From NCBI RefSeq assembly GCF_006345805.1, contig NC_042997.1:148366001-148430000 (forward strand): a stretch of DNA of 64,000 nt, in the 5' to 3' direction. Under the pieces are notes generated by a model. It was not told where the DNA came from, made no database searches, and saw nothing but the letters and a program-made list of their open reading frames with translations. Position 1 is the first letter of the stretch; the number at the start of each line of letters is the position of its first letter. This stretch comes from Octopus sinensis (Eukaryota). A program made the translations under genes and the position numbers. Shown here in pieces: positions 26,301 to 38,290 of the stretch.

Positions 26301-26547
26301 GACTATATTGTACGTATGTATGTATGTACGTATGTATGTATGAACGAATGCATGTATGTATGTTTGTATGTATGAACGAATACATGTATGTATGCAGGCA
26401 TGTATGAATGTATGAGTATACAACTACGTATGTATGTGCGCGTACATGTCTTTGTATATAAATATGTGTGTTTGTGTGTGTATGTGTGTGTATCTGAATA
26501 TATATATATGTGTGTGTGTGTGTATGTATATATGTATATATGTATGT

Positions 26548-27065
26548 GATGTACTAACAAAATGTAACATATCAGATATTGAAGCCATCGTCATCAAAAT
26601 ACAACTTATATGGTTAGGTTATCTTTCACGTATGAGTAATATCAGATTTCCGAAACAACTTCTTGGCTAATTCCTAAGAGGAAGGTCAGTTGGAAGGCCA
26701 ATCTTGCGCTTCAAAGATAAAGGTAAAGACGATATTTCTTCCTGAGAAGACTAAGTAACAGAACGCAGGACTTGGATCCAGACCCTCGGTTCAAAGATTT
26801 GAGCTACATCTACTCCAGCATCAGGACCAACTTCATGCAGCCACGAAGGCACGAGTGCAAAGCTTTGCTCTTATAAATGGGAACCTTACCTGTCATTGTA
26901 GTTTTGTGGCACGAAAAAAAGCAGGCCGTACGATCACTCAAGAAAGCACATAGTGAATGATCCACAAACACACAACCAATCTAAGTCCTCAAATTGATCA
27001 ATTTGCCAAAAGATTTGCAAGGCACCAATAAGCCTCAAAAGATACATCGTGTCTATAAAACATGA
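26548..27065 (+). mobile_element. RTE-clade LINE 3' fragment, decayed
   Basis: DVLTKCNISDIEAIVIKIQLIWLGYLSRMSNIRFPKQLLG*FLRGRSVGRPILRFKD, with a degenerate CxxC finger near 27000. Confidence 0.8.
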
Positions 27066-27097
27066 ACGCACGCACACAGACGCCCACACACACATAA

Positions 27098-27350
27098 ATA
27101 TAAGGAAAAGAATCTGAAAATGCAGGTGTCTTTTTAAAAGTATTTATTAACTTAACTGGTTTCACTTATTTAAAAAAATTTTCAAAAGTAAAGTGTGATG
27201 TCTTGTGTATCCTCTGTGGTGCCAAGTTTCAAAAATTAGTTTACAAATATGTATTCAGATTAGGTGATAGTGACTTTGAAAAATGATAAGAAATGTTTTG
27301 AGGCTTTGTGTATCCTCTTTGATGAGTCAAAAAATAGTTTACATAAAAAC
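27098..27350. mobile_element. Single end of a MITE related to the 20441 element
   Basis: ATAAGGAAAAGAATCTGAAAATGCAG..TTTATTAACTTAACTGGTTTCACT..TCAAAAGTAA resembles the TIR at 20441-20535; internal repeat TTGTGTATCCTCT recurs about 103 bp apart. Confidence 0.5.
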
Positions 27351-28311
27351 ATTCCGATCAGGTACTAAACTGTTTTACAATGATGACAGGCCATCAGTTC
27401 TCTAACAACCGTATTTTAATTTCGATTGTTCGTATATTTGAACTTCCAGGTAAACTATAACCAGATTAGTGTAAGTTGAGGCAACTTTGCACCCTTCGAA
27501 CCCCTGATGTATATATATATACACCCAAAAGTTCTCGCAGAAATATTATGTGCTTCGCAGGAATAACTAAGAAGCAAGACATTTCGAAAGCCTTTAGATA
27601 TAAACAATGCATTCTGTACAGACTTGCCACAACTGGAATATAACTACAGTCTATAACGCATACCAAGTAATACTCTGTATCTGTATAGATAACATTCCTT
27701 TTAAGAATCGATGCAGACATTGGTAGAAAAAAATGGATGAATTTTTTTTTTACATATGATCTGATTATGTTCATTCAAAGAATTATGACTGAGAAGCAAC
27801 TATCACGCACAGTACACTGCTATAGAAAGATGCATTATCAGTAGTCTTTTAGTTTCAATGTAGCGGTATCTGTTTTCAAAAATGTTTCCTGGTGAAATAA
27901 TATAATTAGTAGTACCGTTTCACGATTTGTATATTTAATTTTCATATTTAATCTTAAATATGCTCATGAATATATGCGTGTCTAAAATATGGTGAGATGT
28001 ACAGAGACAGGAAAGACTGTAAATTCTCACAAAATAGCACATTATGTATTCATGTACCCGATGAACCTCTATCTTGTATTGGCAATTAGAACAATCAAAT
28101 GGACAGTTTAGTAAATATATTCATGTGCTTTTATCTTATAGTTTAATTCCATATACATACATTGGCACACAAACTTCTCTCTATGAAAACGTATGTTATT
28201 CTCAACATCACATACATATACATACATACATGCATGTATGGCATGCATGGTAACTAACACTAACACAGATAGATATACATACATATATACACACACACAC
28301 ACACACACATA

Positions 28312-28359
<48 letters not shown>

Positions 28360-28763
28360 GTGTATATGTAATGCATGTGCATATGTTTCTATATGATTTG
28401 CATAGCTGAACATAGATGTGCAGATAATTCTGTGTGCTTGGTTGTATCTCACTGTGTAACGTTATGCGTGAGTTATACGTTAGTTAATGTGATTTGCATC
28501 TGAAATACTGCTTTTGACAAATATGCACAATGAATTTCGAGCGAACAATAAGTGAGATCCCATTCACAAACTCACAAAGCTGTGAGTAGATTGAGACCTA
28601 TTATGCACAGAGCTATTCTGCACTAAATAACTTTCAGTGAATCGCAAAAATGGTACAGAAGAAAACAATTTAGCGTTTAATCCATAACCACTCTAAATTT
28701 AATTACGTATGTCCTCAAGACAAACACTTCTGTAAATATGTATATGTATTTGTGTGTGCGTGC

Positions 28764-28816
<53 letters not shown>

Positions 28817-28936
28817 CATATATATTTACAGATATGTGCGCATCAGGCACAGAGACACATACACATAAATGCATATAGATATGTGTATGGATATGAATGT
28901 ATATTATTTATTTTCCTTGTCATAATCCGATAAAAG

Positions 28937-29004
<68 letters not shown>

Positions 29005-29039
29005 ATTTAAAATAAAATTAGTGTACATTGATACACCAA

Positions 29040-29629
29040 AGATGTGACCCCTAACAGGACACCTTACATCCTAGAAGGAGCAGCCAGAATCCATATCACG
29101 GTTAAGAGCAATTTCGAAGGGGATAAAAATAAAAACATTTTCAATAGTTACCATTTGTACCTAGGTTTCGGGCATTAATGAACAAATAAAATAATCTGTG
29201 ATCTGTGTTCATCCTTAGCAAGGGCGCTAAATAACATATAATTATGGGACAAGAAGAGAGCACATATACCATCTTTATACATTATAATTTTTCAAATCCA
29301 CCGGGCAAGCGCAGTCATCGTGGGCAGCAAATAAAAATTTACGTGTCGACTTCCTTCAAAATTACTAAAATCATATTAAGAACATATAAGGTAGAAGATA
29401 AATTTTCTACCAGTGCCCGGCAAGCAAAGAGTAGTCAAATAGACAAAATATATTTCAAATAAAATTAATGTATATTTGTACACAAAAGAAGTGACCCGTA
29501 ACAGGACCACCTTACATGATAGAAGGAACAGTCAAAGTCTAAACCACGGTTAAGAACAATTTCGAAGAGGATGAAAAATAAGACCATTTCCAATAGTTAA
29601 AACTTGTACCTAGGTTTCGAACATGAATG

Positions 29630-29632
<3 letters not shown>
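29040..29632. repeat. Two diverged copies (about 75-80% identical) of a ~150-bp module at ~29040-29190 and ~29490-29632
   Basis: Shared GTGACCC.TAACAGGAC.CCTTACAT..TAGAAGGA.CAG..CACGGTTAAGA.CAATTTCGAAG..AATAGTTA..TTGTACCTAGGTTTCG..ATGAACA. Confidence 0.8.
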
Positions 29633-29674
<42 letters not shown>

Positions 29675-29734
29675 TATATATATATCGAAAATGTCAAGAT
29701 AGAAAAGGCTAAAATAATTTCATAAAAAATATTT

Positions 29735-29770
29735 CAGTACCGGTTTCAGTCATTGAGACTTTTTCAACAT
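29735..29770 (-). ncRNA. Minimal type I hammerhead ribozyme motif, U3/A8 core variant
   Basis: Minus: ATG-UUGAAAA-AGUC(UCAAU)GACU-GAAA-CCGG-UA-CUG; perfect 4-bp stem II, palindromic stem III ACCGGU, GUA cleavage triplet; stem I eroded in this copy. Confidence 0.65.
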
Positions 29771-29932
29771 TAAGTATGGAAAACAATTAAATTTTGGAAA
29801 AATTAATAGAAAAGTTTTTTAAAGAATATTTGCATAGTGTTCAAATACAAGTGGCATTTTCCTTGTTTCTGCCTGTCTTTTTCTCGCTTGTTTACTCTTG
29901 TGGTTTCGAGGTCGTTGTGAATTCTTGGTAGG

Positions 29933-30153
29933 GAAGAAGAAGAAGAAGAAGAAGAAGAAGAAGAAGAAGAAGAAGAAGAAGAAGAAGAAGAAGAAGAAGA
30001 AGAAGAAGAAGAAGAAGAAGAAGAAGAAGAAGAAGAAGAAGAAGAAGAAGAAGAAGAAGAAGAGAAGAAGAAGAAGAAGAAGAAGAAGAAGAAGAAGAAG
30101 AAGAAGAAGAAGAAGAAGAAGAAGAAGAAGAAGAAGAAGAAGAAGAAGAAGAA
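29933..30153. repeat. (GAA)n tract of about 73 units with one 1-nt interruption near 30061
   Basis: Directly visible. Confidence 0.97.
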
Positions 30154-32493
30154 TGTCGGAGTGCCATGACAGTAATATGTTGAATGGTCAGCAGGCCCGA
30201 AAATGATTCGCTGTGGATTGTAGTAGTAATTGTTAAATTCCTGAAACATCTCTTTTGAATGTATTCTTTATAAAAATTTGCGTAGGTGTTATTCTAAACA
30301 GCAATAGTGGTAAAGTTAGGAAGGAATAGGAAGAAAAGAAAAATGGCGAAAAACAAAGAGCAGGGAGAATAAAAAGAATTTAGATTGTATGAAAGAAGTA
30401 AGGTGTTAAATGTTCAAATAACTTAAAATTGGCACGTTATGGATTATAGCAGTGATTGGAACTGCTGGGAATCTTTTGAGTGTGTATTTGTGTTATGCTA
30501 AGGCCGTGGTGGATATGTCGTTTGTAGACGCGTTCAAATGGGGACTGTATTTTGTAGTAAAGAAAGTCACTTTACTAATTCGTTAGCTCCAGGTTTTACC
30601 GTCCCTGAATTGGTAGAGGGGAAAAACCTGAAGCTTGAATTTTTGTTATTGGCGCAAATATCTGTGTTGACTGAATGCTATTTTTCTGTTTTTGGGAATT
30701 TTGATCTGGGATCTGTGCAAAGCCATTCTTTTACGTAGACTGTTTTTGTTTGGTCTATGTATTGCACTTGACACCCAGAGCAGGTTAGTGCGTATATCAG
30801 GTTCTCTGAAGAACATGTGAAGTTGCTTTTCACTGTGAAACGCTGTCCCTGTTTGAAGGAAAACTCTGATCCCTCAATTAAATAGTCGCATATCCCACAA
30901 TTCGGTCTTCGTATTTTTTTTACTGACGGCTTCTGTGTTGTTGAGCTTATTCGGGCTTGTGTTAGGAGACTTTTCTTTAACAGGGGTATGTTTTGGAAGA
31001 TGGTGTCCAAGGCGCCGTTGTTGAGAGGGTTGTGTATGTAGATGTCTGGTAGGGGTTTTGGTTGTAAATCTTTCTTTAATATGGGATGTCTGAGTTCGTG
31101 GATGTTGAGTTGAAGGGGACGTTAAATACATATGTCAATTAGTGAATGTGGGTAGTTCCTGGTGATGAGAGTATCCTTTAGTTCATGTGGTCTTGTGTCT
31201 CTGGTGTTTGCATTAGAAACTATTGTACATATCCTTTTTGCTACGTTGAAGTGGATATTCATTCAGATGTGTCTGTATATCAACTTTGGCTTACTATCGT
31301 TAACTATTCTTATTTTCACCAATCTCCGGCAGGGAGGGTTACAAGGCCTCGTATTTATCTGCATCAGCGATCACACAATGGAGAAGCGACGCCTCTCATG
31401 TTCGCTTTCGTATTGTCCCAATTTCTGGAATTGCGAGATTCAGAGATCGTTGCCTTTCATATTTGTTTTTATGTCAAGTTATAACAAAAAAAAAAATTGA
31501 AGAGGATTACTCGATAATTTTAATATAGCACATATTCATTATTGTTTAACAGGAATAGTATCGACTGTAACCTCAATGATGCGGCTTGCTAACCCGTCGC
31601 TTGATGATGACGTAAGATACAGTAACTTAAAAGTCACAGTTACACTGCCCATGAGAGTGTATGATGACTGCACAATAGTTTTATGTGTCCAATAAACTCT
31701 GAGTAATATACGTTTAAATCAAAAAGTGTCTTTCTCGAGACACGCAGAAAAGTATATATGAGCGTGTGTCTGTCTACGCATATATTTCTGTTCCACAAAA
31801 TTATGTATATGAACAATACTCATGAATATATTCTTGGATGATTAAATATCACAAGTTCTGAAGTTTGGTTATGTATATCTTCGCTTTGAAACTTTCAAAC
31901 TAACCAACATTGTCCTGGCAGCTAAATCAGCATGAAATCTGATCAAGTCAGTAAGTATTGTTTTCAGATTCGTGATTACAAATGCAGGATAGAGTAGCCA
32001 ATACATATCGTGCTCTTTACGACTGGCAAATGTATAATGATGAAGTGAATGGAATAAATACGTTTGAATCTAATTTGCTATTCTAAAGAAAGACGGATAG
32101 TTATACGATATATCTTTAGCTGATATTACAGATAGAGATATTTTAAGAAAGTATACCCTAATATATTCCTCTTCACCAGTCAGCTTTAGTAACATGAATG
32201 GCATTCACCAATGTCATGAATGCTCGGTAATCCATAATGAATAATTTCTTATGATATATATATTGGCATTTTCGTAGCATTTCCACTAAATCTCTTCCTA
32301 CAGCTTCAACATTATTAGCGCTATTATCACCATCATCATTAACATAGACATCTTCATCTATATGGAAGGCTAAACTATAATGACATAGGTCTGTGGTGCT
32401 CAATTTGAATATGAGAATTATCAATAATTATAAAAATTAGGATTCTAAGGTGCCCTTTGTATAACCCTAAAAATTTCATATGAAAATAACCAT

Positions 32494-32900
32494 GTGCAGG
32501 AGTGGCTGTGTGGTAAGCACCTTGCCTACCAACCACATGGTTCCGGGTTCAGTCCCACTGCATGGCACATTGGGCAAGTGTCTTCTACTATAGCCTCGGG
32601 CCAACCAAAGCCTTGTGAGTGGATTTGGTAGACGGAAAGTGAACGAAGCCCGTCGTATATATATATGTAGATATACGTATGTATATATTTGTGTCTGTGT
32701 TTGTCACCCCCTCAACATCACTTGACAACCGATGCTGGTGTGTTTATGTCTCAGTAACTTAGCGGTTCGGCAAGACAGACCAATAGAATAAGTACTAGGC
32801 GTACAAAGAATAAGTGTTGTGGTCGATTTGCTCGACTAAAAGGTGGTGCTCCAGCATGGTCACAGACAAATGACTGAAACAAATAAAAGAAAAATAAAAG
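32494..32900 (+). mobile_element. Family A tRNA-derived SINE, full length
   Basis: GCAGGAGTGGCTGTGTGGTAAG (A box), GGTTCAGTCC (B-box-like), body and tail TGACTGAAACAAATAAAAGA. Confidence 0.92.
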
Positions 32901-33041
32901 AAAATGTACAGCAAAGCGCTTAAGTCTTGGGGAACATAACACCCATATAACATGTAAGCACAATAGTTACGCTGGCAGCCACAAAGTTGAGAAAACATAA
33001 ATAAAAGAGAATTAGTTCTACCCTCAAGTATACTCTGACCA

Positions 33042-33168
<127 letters not shown>

Positions 33169-33172
33169 GTAC

Positions 33173-33688
<516 letters not shown>

Positions 33689-33884
33689 CTCATATCTACG
33701 TATGTATATATGTAAATTGCAGTGACTAGTGAATTCCAATACAGCTTTATTAAATTGAAAATACATCTTCAACAAGAAGGAATGACATAACCGCTAATGT
33801 TAAATGTGTCAAGGATATGCTGTAAAGGAACTTTTATGCTGATATTGATTAATTTGAACGAACTCACTTTTATTCTGTTACTCT

Positions 33885-34085
33885 CTTACTTGTTTCAGTC
33901 TTTTGACAGTAGCCATGCTGGAGCACTGGCTTTAGTCGATTAAATCAACCCCAGGATTTATTCTTTTTAAGCCTAGTACTTATTCTATTAGTATCTTTTG
34001 CCGAACTGCTAAGTTACAGGGGCATAATCACACCAGCATCGGTTGTCAAGTGATGTTGGGGGGACACACAAAAACAAATAAACAC
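33885..34085 (-). mobile_element. Family A SINE, 3' half
   Basis: TTACTTGTTTCAGTC..GCCATGCTGGAGCAC..CACACCAGCATCGGTTGTCAAG. Confidence 0.85.
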
Positions 34086-34099
34086 ACACACACACATAT

Positions 34100-34215
<116 letters not shown>

Positions 34216-35351
34216 ATACACGTATATACGACACTCTTCTTTCAGTTTATTTCAGAACTAATTCAATATCAGGGAAAAATTCCAGCATATAAAATGCATA
34301 TGTATATCCTTGCTAAGCAAATATTCAAAGCGTGTAAAATATAATCAAATTTAAAATACCATTGAAAATAGGCTCGTCATTTTATCTTGACAGATGCATA
34401 TTATAACTTTTTTCCATTGACCCTATACGTAAGGTTCTACTACGAGACAAAATATCGTCAAATCTGTAGACTCTACCTGTATACATATATTAGTATATAT
34501 TTATTTGTTCAGCTGTATCCGCTAAGGACTGAAGCGTGAGTCGCATGTGTTGCCGTACATAAGAGAAGTATTCTACCCTCATATACCATATAACATTACA
34601 CATGAAATGGCAGCAGAAGTTTATCTCATAATATTAAATCCGCTGGGAAATGTGTAGCTATTAATTTATTGCTTTTACATGGATTTAGTAGACATACACG
34701 AAATCTTGAATGCATTATTACATGGAATAGTAAATGCACCAGAACTATTAATCGACTATTTACAAGTGAGTAAAAATATAGTTTCTTCCTATAACAAAAG
34801 CATATGGGGTAATTAAATCAGCGTATTTACCAATATTGTATTGAATCATAAAAGCAGAAAAGAAAAGTGGCTGCCAGAGGGTGGATGTATATGTGAAGAA
34901 GAACGACTCAAACATAAAATATTTAAATATACGTACAACATGATTTGATTACCAGAAAGGAATCTGTAATGAGAAATTATGCTGATATGTAATATAAATC
35001 AACTATTATACAGAGGTATTATATTAAATATGTTATGGCAAATTGCAAACAGTCAGTAACGTGGCAGATAGAGGACAATCAGATATAGTTAGAATGACCT
35101 TAGGGAGATTAATGTTAAAGTGACTATACTTACCTCTTCTGCTTAACATAATTAACACGCTATTCAAAGCATAAAAGTGATACTCCTAAGATACTCCTAA
35201 GTAGAGATACTCCTAAGATGTGAATATAGATTTAAAAATTCTAAAATCATTTTCACTAGAAGCAACGTAATAATATTTCAAAGCATTATTTTGAATCAAA
35301 ATCTAAAACAAAAGACACAAATCGACGGGAGAGGTTTACAGCATTCGTTCT

Positions 35352-35560
35352 TTAATTGTTTCAGTCGTTTAACTGTGGTCATCTTGGAACACTACCTAGA
35401 CGAACAAATAGACCTAAGCGAATAAATAGACATAAGACAGAGAATCCATGTCTCACTGTCTTTCGCAGGATGGCTAGGTTATGGGGAGGTAAACAAACCA
35501 ACAGCGTTGTCAAGTGGTGGTTAGTCTCAATATCAGACACAAAGACACACACATAAAAAC
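35352..35560 (-). mobile_element. Family A SINE, 3' half, decayed
   Basis: TTGTTTCAGTCGTTTAACTGTGGTCAT..GCTAGGTTATGGGGAGGTAAAC..GTTGTCAAGTGGTGG. Confidence 0.65.
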
Positions 35561-35590
35561 AAAGACACAAACATAGAGACGCACGCGCTC

Positions 35591-35637
<47 letters not shown>

Positions 35638-35732
35638 GTGTGGGTATGTATATATATATATACATATACACATATATATATACTACATATAAATATGTAA
35701 ATACATGTATATATACATATGTAAGTATATAC

Positions 35733-35769
<37 letters not shown>

Positions 35770-36284
35770 TATATATATATTCTTATATATTCATATATAT
35801 AGAGAGAGACGTGCGCGCGCATAAATATATGTATATATATATAAAATTAAATAAGGGTAGAAATTGATATTAATTAACTAAAACCAGTGGCCTAGCATAT
35901 TTTTAAAAAAAACGAAGATTAATAATTTTTTTTTACATAAAAATTTAGAGGACTGACCACTAAAAAAATGGCCAGCCTATATGCTAGTTATAGATGTCAA
36001 AATCGTCATTTTCCACGGAGAATATGTTTTCGAGAAAAGAATCAGCAAAAAACAAAGTGTAAAAATATGCAAGACAAATGAAAATATACGAAATGAAAAA
36101 AAAAAAAAACCGATTACCTATGTACTAATTAGTTTCACTTGCTAATATTTACGTATATGGATACGCAATTATCTGCAAGATCATCAGCATAGTCTGTCGT
36201 TTACAAAACACAATTCCCAAGACTAGATACGAACGGTCAACCGAAATCCATCATGTATAACGTTCTACAAATATATATACATAG

Positions 36285-36475
36285 TTCAGGGTTCAGTCCC
36301 GCTTCGTGGCATCTTGGGCAAATGTCATCTACTCTAGATTCGGGGCGACCAAGCAACTCCCCCAAACAGATCGATAGAATAAGTACTTCGCTTACAAAGA
36401 ATACGTGCTGGGGCTAATTTGTTCGACTAAAGGCGGTGCTCAAGCATGGGCGCAGTCAAATGGCTGAAACGAGTA
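36285..36475 (+). mobile_element. Family A SINE with the central part deleted
   Basis: GGGTTCAGTCCCGCTTCGTGGCATCTTGGGCAAATGTC joined to GATAGAATAAGTAC..GTTCGACTAAAGGCGGTGCTCAAGCATGG. Confidence 0.8.
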
Positions 36476-36509
36476 TAAAGAATGCATTCATATACACACA
36501 CAAGTTGAT

Positions 36510-36635
36510 ATATATGGAAAAAGGTCAAAGTAGAAGATGCTAAAATAATTTTATAAAAAGACATTTTAGTACCGGTTTCAGTCATTGAGACTTTTTCAAC
36601 TGTAAGTATGGAAAACAATTAAATTTTGGAATAAT
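36510..36635 (-). repeat. Penelope-type terminal module, about 110 bp shared with 29695-29805
   Basis: GCTAAAATAATTT.ATAAAAA..TT.AGTACCGGTTTCAGTCATTGAGACTTTTTCAAC.TAAGTATGGAAAACAATTAAATTTTGGAA occurs at both sites. Confidence 0.85.
36567..36602 (-). ncRNA. Second minimal hammerhead motif, U3/A8 core variant
   Basis: Minus: CAG-UUGAAAA-AGUC(UCAAU)GACU-GAAA-CCGG-UA-CUA; core, stem II and stem III identical to the 29735 copy. Confidence 0.65.
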
Positions 36636-36728
36636 TCAAACAACCTCCACTTATAAGTTGGTAATTAGTAGAAATTTACGATAACTTAAAGTGGCCGAAG
36701 GCATTTGCACGGTACTGTATATACGTGT

Positions 36729-36788
<60 letters not shown>

Positions 36789-36816
36789 TAGTAGCAGTAG
36801 TAGTAGTAGTAGTAAC

Positions 36817-36853
<37 letters not shown>

Positions 36854-36860
36854 CTAGTAA
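36729..36860. repeat. (TAG)n microsatellite, decaying rightwards
   Basis: Directly visible. Confidence 0.95.
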
Positions 36861-36949
36861 CAGCATAGCCATAAGTAGTAGAATTAGTATTCGTAGTAGT
36901 TATGCTAGTCGTAGTATCTGTGGTAGTAGTAGGAGTAGCATCAACATCA

Positions 36950-37900
36950 TCAATAGCAGCGTCTTAGCAGTGGTGGAGTCAGTAGTTTACCTTCCTTGCA
37001 ACGCATCCGAAACCATAGCGGTCTACTGGCCTGTAGCTCCCTTCTCTACCCCACTGCCACCAATTTCGGATCCTTCTCTTGCTCCAGAACCCAGTGTCAC
37101 GCGTTTCCGGTTATCAACATCATCTCCCACACTGGGAGCATTCAAGACATTATTCACCCCCGTGACGCCTTCACTTGTATCTATTCTAACCTCATCTTTT
37201 GCGTCAGATATACCCTTTGCTTCTCATTAAATGCTGGACAGTCTGGCTACCGTCTAGTCGACGTACTTACAGGAAATGAAAACGTAATAGTAAACCCGTC
37301 TCCCGTTATTTCTGCTCGACCAACCATTCCGACAAACACCTTATTGCGTTTGGCCTGACCTTACACCATGGAGCCACCACCATCGCCACCAGACTTTGCC
37401 AGGTGCGGCGGTATGTTTTCAGAGTACGAACTGATTCACCCTTCGGATTTAACATCTCTTTCCATCTTGTAGCAGCTTCCAAATTCTTTTTCCCTCTCGT
37501 TCTCTTTTCCTGTGCTGTTCACCGTCTTTTCTCTCTCCATTTATCTTCACACTTCCACACACCCTCATACATAACATATAACCACACACCTACAACAAAC
37601 ATATATACACATATACACACGCCACCTACACACACATGCACAGTATCCCGACCACGGACAGAATGACAATTTTTTCCAAAAAAATCATTCTCATACCTTC
37701 AAAAACCACATTCTCTGTCTCTCCCTCTTGTTTATCGGTAAAGTGCTTTTGTGCAGGTTCCCCACTCCTTCCTCCTTTACTTTCTCTTTAGAGTTTTTCC
37801 TCTTTGCGACAAAGTGACATGTTCGAAATGTCATTTTCCGCAAGTATTTTCCCATCTAAAACTTTTACTGAGCGTCAAACTTACATTCACTGTGTAGGCC
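36950..37900 (+). mobile_element. Penelope-like element 3' part (GIY-YIG remnant plus terminal region)
   Basis: ORF 36996-37358 GSFSCSRTQCHAFP..DAFTCIYSNLIFCVRYTLC..AGQSGYRL resembles the C-x2-C..FTC.S.NLIY.I.C..C..YIG.T GIY-YIG pattern; degenerate HHR-like motif at 37803-37836. Confidence 0.75.
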
Positions 37901-38163
37901 TATCTCACTTGTGCTGTGTTTTCGTCTTTTTTTTTTTTTTTTGGTGTTCTTCATGTTCTGGGTCTAAATTCCACGGAGGTCAACATTGACTTTCATTCTT
38001 TCCGGATGATAAAATGTACTAGTTCAAGACTGAAGGCGATCGGATCGATATACCCTGTCCCCGGAACTTGCTGGCATTGTGCAAAATTTTGAAATCATAT
38101 TTGATTTGCCTATGTGTGTGAATGGGAGGGGAGTGTGTGTGTATGCAAGCATATATTATATGT

Positions 38164-38202
<39 letters not shown>

Positions 38203-38205
38203 ATC

Positions 38206-38290
<85 letters not shown>

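Larger units (their letters stand above)
29690..31290 (-). mobile_element. Penelope-like retroelement, 5'-truncated: RT thumb, GIY-YIG endonuclease and terminal repeat with hammerhead
   Basis: Minus MNIHFNVAKRICTIVSNANTRDTRPHELKDTLITRNYPHSLID (about 31270-31140); ORF 30678-31010 RRPNCGICDYL..FTVKSNFTCSSENLIYALTCSGCQVQYIDQT (GIY-YIG); HHR at 29735-29770 on the same strand. Confidence 0.85.

Noticed and set aside
29803-30249. Poly-K/R, poly-F/S and poly-S/L ORFs
   Set aside because: Read-through of the (GAA)n tract in different frames.
32173-32424. 83-aa minus ORF with an acidic patch (DEDVYVNDDGDN)
   Set aside because: The acidic patch derives from a short ATC/ATT-type low-complexity run; no family recognised.
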